Shown: positions 39,271 through 49,908 of the stretch, one piece after another
Position numbering within the stretch: the first letter of the stretch is position 1
Layout: each line of letters starts with the position of its first letter
Assembly: GCA_016748015.1 (NCBI GenBank)
Contig: JAAOMT010000436.1
Location: 878,033-942,032 of the forward strand
Reading direction: 5' to 3'
Length of the DNA stretch: 64,000 bases
From: Geosiphon pyriformis uo1
Lineage: Eukaryota; Fungi; Glomeromycota
The notes under the pieces: generated by a model
Told to the model about the DNA's origin: nothing
The model's input: only the letters and a program-made list of their open reading frames with translations
Database searches by the model: none
Position numbers and translations under genes: made by a program

Positions 39271-42200
39271 ATGAGTGAGAGTCCTCAATATACCCAACCA
39301 CCACCTTGGTAAGACGATTCTTTAAGTTCTAACCCAATTCTAAATCATTTGTTTCAAATTCATTGCTTTTTATCCTTCTTTGTTAATTTACTCAACACTT
39401 CTCTTAACTCTTAATCGTTCCAAGGGCAACATATTATGACCAAAATCAAAAACAAACTCAATATCCACCCCCTCCTCCGGGAACCCAGCAAGATTATACA
39501 AGCTATTATCCTGTTCCTACAGTCGCTCAACCAATCTCTTTACCCCCAAATTATTATTCTTATATCAATGCACAACCTTCGCCTTCCACATATTCTACTT
39601 CAGCAGCTCCCAACGCAGCCACTTTTGCTACTGGTATAGTACCAATACTTACAGAACCTTCCTCAGCTCAACCTAGTCCCCCTGGGGTTACTGCTGCATC
39701 CTCTTGGTATTCAGCGGCACCTTCTCAAGCTTCGAATCAATTATATTACGCTCAAACTTATCCTGGTGCTTACGATCCAAATAGCTATTATTCCACTCAA
39801 ACATATCCAGTTTATACACAACCGACAACTACCAACACTACCTTTTACCCTGGTTATACCATTCAACCTGCACCTCCAGGAACTACCCCTGAATCAAGTC
39901 CTTCGACAAGGAGTACCACCGTTTCCGCTAGTTTGTCTCAGACCCTAGTTTCCGAGAAAACAAAACAAAATTCTTCGACAGCCCAAACGTTTGTCTTTGA
40001 AATTGATTTTACATTTTTACTTTACGCAAGACTCCCTGGCAACGCTAATCATATATTCTCTCCAGTTCAAACAAACCTTTGGTGAACCCATTCAATTCAA
40101 TACCAAAGACCCCTACCCAGACCTCTCCCAAGGTTTCATCATCTGATAATGTTCAACAAACTACATCTGGAATAGCCAATCTAAATGTTGGGTCTAACGG
40201 ACTATCTAATATTGAAAAAAAAATTAGTAATTACCTTCTAAATTTTGAAATTGTTTTTATTCTTTTTAATTATTTTTGACACAACTTAAGACCAAACTTT
40301 TTTAAACAGAGCCTGCCTATCATTCGATTAAACTAACAAAAGCTTCAAAAAAAACGCCGGCTAGAAATCCTTTGGAAGATCCAACACCCGAGTCATCTTC
40401 TTCCTCACCTAATCAAAAAGGGTAAGTTTTTTTGATTCATTTCGATTATACCCAAGATGATGACTTATTAATCCTTTAATTAAATTTTATCGTAAAAAGG
40501 CAACGAATTCAGTCATCTGAACCAAAATCGGCCGGCCAATGGCCTGACAGTTTGAAGTTATTTTCCTTATTTCTTTAAGTCTTGTATCATCCAAAAGTCC
40601 CTAAAAATCATTTCTTCTGAAATTTCAGGGAATATGTAAGGCGTAGTTTTGATCTCGCGGGGGATAATATCGATGCTGTCGAAGAGGAACTAAAAACATT
40701 GATATCCTCGAAAATAGATACGAAAGCGATGTGGACAACTGACTGGGCTAAAATGAGTCTTCCAGTGTATTGTACTAATTCCTTGATTTTTTCATTAAAT
40801 TACATGAGATTAACTCAAATATATTAATATTATCATTGTTATTGTTATTATTATAGAGCCTGTTCAAGTATTGAGAAAACTCCTGAAATAAAAGTCGAAC
40901 CAAAACGAAGAATGTATGTTTGTTTTGAAACAGGGAATCTCTGTTTTTGTGAAGTCTATTAATGTTTTTAGTGACACCAGCCAGTAACAAAACCTAAATT
41001 ATTATGATCAAAAAGCGTTAAATCCCCTCAAAACCGACAAGTCCAAGCTGAAATTGACATTGGAGAACAATCTAAACGCGAAAAACGTCTCAAGAGATTT
41101 GGAACCGATAATAATCAAACAGACAGACAAGGCTCACCAAATTTAGCAACTTACAACAATAATCAGGTCAGTCCCAAATGTTTTCTCCATATATTTCTTT
41201 TAAATATCCTAAAAAAATCCCATGCGTTTCTTTTCTATAGGAAGAGAATAACGAAGGAAATCAATTTAAAATAATCGGGACCAGCCAGAGCTTGGAAAAA
41301 AAATATTTACGGCTAACTTCAGTAGGTTATTTTTTTTCCAACTTCAAATTGATATAATTTCTATCTATTCATAAAAATTCTTTTAATTTATAGGCACCAG
41401 ATCCTTCCACAGTAAGACCTTTAGAGGTTCTACAAAAAACTCTAGAATTATTAAAAGACAAATGGAAGCAAGAACAGAATTATGCTTACATATGTGACCA
41501 ATTTAAATCATTACGGCAAGATTTAACGGTTAGTCAATTTTCAGTCATATTCCTTGGCAAGAACGATCTATTCTACTTTTAATTCTGTCAAACAAGGTTC
41601 AACATGTTCAAAACGAATTCACGGTTAAAGTATATGAGACCCATGCTCGAATCGCATTGGAAAAGGTCGGGTTTAAAAGCCTATTTTGTTCCATGCTTAA
41701 TCTTTTCAACTCTCAGTTCCTCATTATTAATTTCTTAGGGAGACCTTGGCGAGTATAACCAATGTCAAACTCAGTTAAGGACACTATACAAGCAAAATAT
41801 TGCAGGTCATCTTATGGAGTTCACAGCCTATCGGCTGTTATATTTCCTGCATACAAAAAACCAATCAGGCAACTATTAAAGATTACATGAATATTTGCCA
41901 TTTTAAATAATTTTGAAAATAACCTTGCATTTAATTTCTCAAACATTTATTTCATTTCATTCCACTCCACTCCAGATATAATGAAATTAATCGCGGGGCT
42001 TACCCCAGAAATGCGGAATGACTCTACTATTAAGTACGCGTTAGAAGTTAGAGCAGCTTTAGCCACTTCCAATTATCATAAATTCTTCAGATTATACTTG
42101 GAAGCTCCCTATATGGGTGGCTATTTGATTGATCATTTTGCTAAAAGGGAACGTGTTGAAGCTTTACTCGCTTTGTGTGCAGCGTAAGTTCTAGTTATAT

Positions 42201-42463
42201 CATTACATGGAAAGCTAAGATGGGTTTTTTTGGCTTATTAGTACATCTTTTTTTATGTTAAAAGTTTTCGGCCGACCCTAGACCTAAAATTCGCAACCAA
42301 GGAACTCGGATTTATAGATGTTAATGATTGCATCAAGTTTCTGAAAGAGCATGGGGTTAACTGCTTTAACGAAGACTATTTGTTGGACACCAAACAAGCT
42401 GAATTTCCCCTTCGCGCAAGTAGTCAGAAAAATTCTAAAGTCGATATTAAAGGGCAAATATAG
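39271..42463 (+). CDS. THP3: THP3/LENG8 (SAC3/GANP/THP3 family) protein (multi-exon)
   Basis: Tyr/Pro/Gln-rich N-terminus, [74 protein letters not shown]. Ends KVDIKGQI*. Confidence 0.92.
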
Positions 42464-42940
42464 AGAGCTTTTGCAACATCTTTGGATCCATTCCTATATT
42501 CCTTGTGAATCCTTAATTTTGTATAAAATATACACGAGATAAATGGGGGCTCTGTCATTTACCAAGTGCAGATATTTTACGATCAACATTAGCACTCGTT
42601 CGACAGAATCTGAGAAACTTATCGAGACACACAAGTTCCGTTGAACATTGGCATGAATTAAATTTAGGCTAAAACTTTTCTATAGAATCCTTAGTATTTT
42701 TTCGTGACTATTTATTTACTCCTTTATTTTTGGTTTGAATCTGATTTATACAGCTCACATTGTAACTTAAATTGTTAATTTGAAATTTTGGCTGTGTGGA
42801 TATTCGTAACAATATTTCAAATCCAAAATTTTTTTTAATAAACAGCATTTGTATATTTTGAATAAATCGTAATTATTATTTTTTATTATAAAATAAAAAT
42901 TATGTGAAAAATAAAATAAAAATAATTGTATTGTTTATAT

Positions 42941-42974
42941 GGGGCGTGCTGCAACAAAACCAGACAAAGTGAAC
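42941..42974 (+). repeat. Left TIR
   Basis: Exact reverse complement of 48128-48161. Confidence 0.95.
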
Positions 42975-43191
42975 ATGTGACATCACTCGAATTATTTTCG
43001 TTCTAATGATTCAAAATTCACCATATACATAGAATAATTAAAATAAGCAAACTGAAGGTATATAACCCAATGCTGCAGGAAAGTGAACATGTGATTTTAC
43101 GTTTCGCCCAATCAAAGATTTTGCGCCCAAACATTACTTCCATTTCTGGTGTATTTTTTTTTTTTTTTTTTTTCGCGTCATTTTATGTGAC

Positions 43192-46100
43192 ATGGCGGTG
43201 GACGAACGATACCCAGGCCACGAAGGTGAATATTTTATCTTTTATCCCATCCTACATGTACCCATGTGCGTTACTGACGCTTTGCCGCGCGATTCCCTCA
43301 GCGGTGATCGCGTATTTGCGCGACGTAGACAGCGGTGACTGCACCTACCCTCATTTTCTGGACAAGCTTCGGGACACCGTTCTCGAATCACCTCCATTCA
43401 CCGAAGACTGGAGTGGTCTCGACGGAATTTGGTACAAGCGGTACGCGCATCAGGCGCATTTAGCACAAAAGAAAGTAGGCTTTTTTTTTTTTGTTGAAGG
43501 CGGAGGAGGGTGCTTCTCGGCTGTTATCATTCACATGGAACGGTTCGAAAGGTTTTGCTGGAATTTCCAGTACCCGAGTGGCGAGAGAAAGGCCTCGTGG
43601 CTGTTATTATGTGGCGCATTTTCTTTATCGCTAACATAGAACGGCTTGCGGGGTTTATTGTTATCATTTCACATGGAATGGTGCCTTCCCCATTGCCATC
43701 TCCGCCGAGAATAAAGCGATGAGAGGATAGAGAGGGAGTTGGGTGCTGCCGAAACAACCACCTAAGCGGCATGGCTGCGGTCAAGCTAGTTACGAGGAAC
43801 TCCTCCGGTGGGCTCCCTCTCAAGTCTGCGTGAAGGCCAGAGGCTGCGGTCTCAGTGCCAAGAGCAACCCCAGTTCATTCGCAGCCCTCAATGACTCGCT
43901 TTTTTTGCTTCATTGCTTACATCTTTATTTTGATATTAAAATCCTTGTTCTCGACAGCCATCCGCCCATCCACCAATGAAATCATTTTTCGAAGGAATCA
44001 TTAGGGAGCGTAGAGAGCTTCAAAAGGAACCGGAGAAATATCCTGGTCATTCATGTAGGTCTCATCGATGATTAGTCTGTGTCCAAGTCAGGGATCAGTA
44101 TTTTGGTTAAATCAGGAAGGCAATTACTAAAAAAAAAAAAAAATCCATCCCTTTTAACATTCTAGCTTTTGAAAAGCAATTTGAAGGATGGGAGAATATT
44201 TTGGATCCAAATGATTTCAACCTCTGTTCAATACTGGAATTCCGCAAAAATAAGGATGACTTCTCCTTCGACAAGTCAACTGAGCACACTTTGATTTCCA
44301 AATTTGTTTCACACATTGCAACAATTACAACTAACACAATGTGGAAGAAGGCTGCTTCCTCTCTTAATGGTGATGGAGTGCTACAGTGTCAGGCCCAATA
44401 GGACGAAGTCAAATAATTTTGGCGGGATGTCGAGCTCGCAAAAACCGATGAGGAAATGCTTCTAATGGAGAAAAAGATAGCCCAAACCACGGTATATATA
44501 TGCATCAGTCTAGTATAAATACTAAGTTGCACATTGTGTTAACTTTAGTCACAATTTGCAGGTCAAGTTTGCTCTCGATCAATCTTTGGTGGAAAATGAA
44601 GCTCAAGCGGTCTTGAACAACTCCAAACTAGATTATCTGAAAAAGAAGGCTGGTGTAGGTATCACCGTTAAAGGATTCTTTGGCATTAAATGTGAACTTT
44701 TTTTTTTTATTTTTTTTTATTTTAAACCTTGAATGTCCAGATATTGCTTCAATCACAAGTAAAAAAACGGATGGTTTTGGACAATAATGAGGGTGACCAT
44801 GATGCAGAGTATGAATCTCTGTGCAGAAAACCAAAAGTGATTGCGGAAGAGAAGAGCAAGGGGCAAGATAAGGTAATGGTACGAATATGCTTGATACTGG
44901 ACAAGAACTCATGCAACTTTTTTAATGACTTACCCTCTACTTTTACGTTTAGTTGGGCACTAGCACAGCAAAGAATAAGCACACAGCGAATGATGATATT
45001 TTCGATGATTGTGAAGACCTTGCTAACAGTGAAGATGACAATGTGAGTGATAGTCTAGATGTCGATAAAGACTCGGAGGTCGAGAATAAGGACAATTTGG
45101 GGCCAAAAGCAACAGCTCAGCACATAAAGAGTTATCAGATTAATTTGAGATCGATGCTGGCAGATTACTGTAAAAAGAAAACCATTTCTTCATACAAGTA
45201 AGCCTTCATAGTAGAAGCTAATAATATCCCTCGAATGCTAGTGCTTACTCTGTATGTATGCATACCGTTCTCATCAGTCCGGCTCGTAGCTTTATTTTGG
45301 ACTTGTCCCCAAGCTCAAAAATCCGGAGCGAGTTCCCTCGGGAAAAGTGGAATGAGCTGGTAGCAAGCAAATGCATAACTCAATGGATTTATCATCACGA
45401 AATTGAGTCTATTATTGCTCACTTGTTTGGAGGGGCTAGTGAAAAGGTAAGTTGTGTTGGGTGAGTAAAACTCTAGCTTGAATATCTATTGACAACTGTT
45501 GGAAATATCTATCATTAGAGACCATTCAGGAATTTGTCAGAAGCTCGCTCAAAGTGGTATACTCTCCGCGATTTGCCCTCTTCTGAGTACACTAATGAGT
45601 TTTCATATGCAGAGGACGACTGGCGAAAGATTTGTCGTTGGATTGAGCGGGCGACTGGACAGTTGTATGTTACAGCCGTTCATTCTGAATTTTGTTATAA
45701 TGTGAGCTGAATGGCTACTGTTTTCACTTTTATAGTTTAGACGTATTTAAATCTTCTTGCAATCTGCTCCAAAACAATTGCCAAAAACGAGAATGGTTCG
45801 GCGATTACATTGTTCCACTTTTTCAGGGAGCCTTAAAATTGGACGGCAACTGCCGTGTCCCATGGTGAGTTGTAAAGTATTCATCCATGATCAGTGCATA
45901 CCATCGACCCAAGGCTAAAAAAAATCTCGATTTTACACATTTTCAATCGTCGTCAAGGTGAGAGGTTTCTGTTCTATCAACCCAACGTCGTCATAACTGA
46001 GAGAAGGATATCCTCACACAGCAAGTCGAACGGGGCCACATGGCCGATCTCCTATGTCTATACGAGCAGCATGAGATCGCCTGTGCTCTGGCATGCGGTG

Positions 46101-46325
46101 GTCCTGAAAAGTACGACATTACAAAGATGGCATCGGATGAGTTCTCCTTACCTAGAATGATAAAAGATATGATGGACGAATTGCAATCCAAGTTCCCATA
46201 CGCTGGGAATTATATATTTGGAATACAAGTGAGTTGCGATGTGTTATTTATGCATAATCTGACGTAGAATGATTAACACGCCGTTGATTTTGCTTCAGAC
46301 ATATATGACGGAGGTTCAAATCTAA
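43192..46325 (+). pseudogene. Spliced fungal-type gene with a C-terminal PD-(D/E)XK/restriction-endonuclease-like region; nonsense codons, 3' truncated
   Basis: MAVDERYPGHE|AVIAYL...SPPFTEDWSGLDGIW; EVK*FW; FILDL; REWFGDYIVPLF...VPW|GEVSVLSTQRRHN...GHMADLL...HEI...LPRMIKDM...FGIQ|TYMTEVQI, with GT-AG introns. The nuclease-fold call rests on motif resemblance only. Confidence 0.65.
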
Positions 46326-47949
46326 TAATAGTGAAAACTACTCTTAAACTTATTCAAGAAGTTCAATTAAATTGTTTTTCGGCATTTATTTGAGCTTCTA
46401 ATCTAGCTAATTCTGCTCTTTTTTTTTGTAGTTGTTTTTCTTGCTCTTCAGTTCGATTAGTAATCCTTTCTAAATCTTTGATTTCTTTTCTGATTATTAA
46501 TTGGGAAGCCTCTCTTTCTCTCTTTTTTTCTGTCCCTGAGTTATTTTTCTTTCGTTCTCTAAGGGCTTCTTCCTTGTGTTTTAGATAATCTTTATCTTCT
46601 TTTCAGATAGCGTAATAAGTTTCCGGATCTCTTATTTTTTCTGCTATTCTTTCATTTTCCATTGTGCCATCAAATTGGTTGTTTTTAATTGGTCTATATT
46701 GTCTTCATTATTTTTGTAGTTTAAATTTTGGAACTAGATTAATAGTAAATTCTGATTCACTATAAACTTTATCATGATTGGGAACATTTTCTCCTCATTT
46801 TTCTTTTTCTCACATTCGTTCAGCCTTTTCTTCTAGTTGGCATCCTATGGTAAAATCATAGCATTCTAATTTGTCTTCAAATTTTGCCATTAACTCTTGT
46901 AAAATTTCGCCTATTTCGGATCAAATTTCAGAATCTATTGATTTGATGTCATTAGGAAGATGCTTTTTAGTAGAGATAGTGGTATATCCCAAGTGTTTAT
47001 CATTGTGTAAGCGAGCAATTATTTTGTCCCTCTCTGCAAAGATATTGTCAGCATTGGGTTGAAAGACTTCTTTGGATATTTCTATTTGTTCAGGTGTGGC
47101 TGGATGGTAACTACTACTTGATCCTACAGTGCCTCAGTTCTCTTTATATTTTGGAACTATTCACATGTAGAAGTGGGGTGAATTCTCACCACCTAGTTTT
47201 CCAACTGAAATACTAATTCGATAACCTGCTGGTTTATACACTTTATCTATTTTTTCAATTTGGTCTTTAAGCACTGGCAAAATATCATCTCATTCTTTTC
47301 TATTTACTTCTCGCAAGTTTTTAGCATGACGTTTGGTGCATAATGATACATGAGCTTTAGTATTTGGTCTTAAAATTGAACCAGAAAAAACACTCCCTCC
47401 AAAATCAGAAACTCAACACTTATACATGCCCTTTTTATGCACTTCTATGTTGTCACACATATGGCAAACTTTCTTATCTCCATCTTCACTCTTCTGGCAC
47501 TTATAATTTGGAGAGTTATCTAAATTTCAGGTGAAGTGCTGATCTTGTTGATTCTTTTCAATTTGCTTTTGACAATTACAGCACTGAAAACATTTATGGC
47601 CTCGACTGTCTTCATAAGTGGTGACATCTCAATCTAACATGATTCGACATTGGGGACAATTTGTAGTAACTCTATCTCATCTGCCATTACCATATTGCCT
47701 TATATTTCTATACCGAAAAGGTCAATCAAAACTCTCCCTTTTTTTACATTTTTCTAGGGCTTCACGGAAGAGCTTTATTTTATTTCTCTCTCAATCTTTA
47801 TTGGTGTTGTTATCTAAATCTTGTTGCAGGAGAGTTTCGGCACACCCTCAACAACAAAACTTAATAATCTCTCTTTCTTCTTGGTCTCATCAGTTGATAG
47901 TTAATCCTTCTTTATTTTGATTACAATTAAAACATTCTTTTTTAGTCAT
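46324..47949 (-). pseudogene. Intronless genetic-code-4 (TGA=Trp) gene: Cys-rich N-terminus, two HIT-like domains, coiled coil, truncated C-terminal hydrophobic segment; probable Mollicutes-type bacterial origin
   Basis: One frame from ATG 47949 for ~543 codons with 19 TGA, 0 TGG, 0 TAG and 2 TAA (47745-47743, 46710-46708). HIT-like CHMC...PNTKAHVSLCTKRH...YKPAGYRISISVGKLGGENSPHFYMWIVPKY. Confidence 0.85.
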
Positions 47950-48127
47950 AATATTTTTTTTACAAAAAAAAAAAAAAAAAGTGGCAAGAGATAATAATAA
48001 TAAAGAAAGAATTGTGGGTTATATTTTAGCTTGCTTGTTGTGATTATCGTGTATGATGGGTATTGAATAATTGAAAGGTTGTGGGAAGGGGTGAGCGAAA
48101 GAAAAATCTTTAAGCCTAGCACCCGAA

Positions 48128-48161
48128 GTTCACTTTGTCTGGTTTTGTTGCAGCACGCCCC
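48128..48161 (-). repeat. Right TIR
   Basis: Exact reverse complement of 42941-42974. Confidence 0.95.
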
Positions 48162-48921
48162 ATATTATATTATATTGTTTAAATCAAATTATCTTTACTT
48201 TTTTATTTTTTAATCAAAGATTCAATTATGTAATAATTATATACTAATTGTTAAAATGTATATTGAATTATTGCATTATTGTTTTTACAATTTTTAAATT
48301 AACATAAATATGTTAAAATTTTAATTTATAAATATCTAAATATGTATATTTATTACTTTAAAAACAAACAAAAAAATTTTGTTATTTAAATAATAATTTA
48401 TTTTAAATAATATTTTTTTTTTTTTATTAACGTTTAACGAGTGAGGCCCAAAAGCCACCTAGTGCAATACATCAAACTAAGCAATCTAAACTAAGTGGTA
48501 ATTATGCACTTTCTACATGTAACCAGCCACTTGGACCAATCAAAGCAACACTATGAATCTATCAGAACAGAAACCACACCATTTATACCAGAAAAAAAGC
48601 AGCTATGTTTACGAAAACCAAAACAGATACCAACCACCTCGGAAATCCCAAGCAACCTAATCACTCCAGCAAAAAACATGCATGACAAACCATGAGTCAC
48701 AGGATATACAGAATCATCAAGTGGAATTAAACCACTTTTTTCCATCAAAGCCCTATATTTAGCTCTAATCACTCAAATATCCAAGTAGTGAGCAGCATCC
48801 AATTCTCGAACAAAATTAACAATAAACCTTCTCACAATTTTGGTATTACCTAGAATAGATAAAGCTTCCTGAACCCAATCCTTGAACACAAAACTTTTGC
48901 CCACGGTAGTATACAACATAT

Positions 48922-49908
48922 TGTTACCAAACAAAATTAGAAATATTGTTTAGCATGAAATTACCCTTATAAATCTTATCATTAATTAGCATATATTATC
49001 ATTTCAAATTATCACTTATTACATTAGCAAAATATCCGAAATTATCATTTAATTAATAACCCAATTTGTACATAACACAAATGTAATCTAATTGTGATGA
49101 TCAATCATGCAATACTCCAAACTATGTAACATTCAAAAAGTTTGCCAAAATTTGTAAGAAATTCACCGAAATAATTGATAGTTTGCTAAAATATTTAATA
49201 GTTCACAGAAATAACTTGTAGTTCGCCAAAATGTATCTTTAGTTTAGCAAAATTATAGAAAATAGCAAAGTTCAAATTCATAGAATAGTATTACGACAAG
49301 TTGTATAAAAAAAGAGCTTCTCTCTTCGAGAAAATGTATCTTACTTCAGATTTAAACAATTAGAATAATCTTCTATACCCAAAAGACAAATAAATATCAA
49401 ATAATTTGAAAAGCCAAAATTCTTAATTATTTCCCTTGAAATTAACCAATTCCTACTAACAGTTTGAAATTGATTAGCTACCAATTTCAGTAGACTGTTA
49501 AAGCACTTCCAGGCCTGGATTCGAAATGACTTCCATAAATCATCAGTTTTACTTTTTCTTTTACATTTTTTTTATTTTCTTTTATTTTCTTATCATAATC
49601 ATTAGGGTAACCTACAGATGAGATTCCTGTAGAAGAGTTGACTTTCACAGCAAAGTAACTACACATTTTTAGTGAGCTTCTAGACGAGCAATTTCTGAAA
49701 AAAAATTGACATTTATTACAACATAACTACATGAAGCAACTGACATGGAACTGGTCATTCCACTTATAAGCCCAGCAGTTCAAATTATAGGAGATAATTT
49801 GAAGATAAATTCAGTTACTGAAGGTTCAACCACATCCAGAAAATGTGAATTTACAGCAAACAGGTATCAACAACATTTAAGAAAAGAGACCAAAAACCTC
49901 CAGTAACA
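48922..49908 (+). mobile_element. Solo LTR, diverged subfamily of gypsy B
   Basis: TGTTACC...CCAGTAACA; 4-bp TSD ATAT/ACAT; removing it restores LINE peptide SDDVLYTT. Confidence 0.93.

Larger units (their letters stand above)
42941..48161. mobile_element. TIR DNA element (5221 bp), non-autonomous or cargo-carrying; superfamily unresolved
   Basis: Perfect 34-bp TIRs GGGGCGTGCTGCAACAAAACCAGACAAAGTGAAC at 42941-42974 and 48128-48161. ATAT at 42937-42940 and 48162-48165. AT-rich flanks. Confidence 0.92.

Noticed and set aside
46871-47920. Plus-strand ORFs 46871-47062 and 47618-47920
   Set aside because: Shadow ORFs of the minus-strand code-4 gene.
46324-47949. Explaining the TGA codons as hypermutated TGG
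   Set aside because: Local G>A decay gives TAG as well as TGA and leaves some TGG. Here there are 19 TGA, no TAG and no TGG, and CpGs survive. A few TGAs could still derive from CGA.
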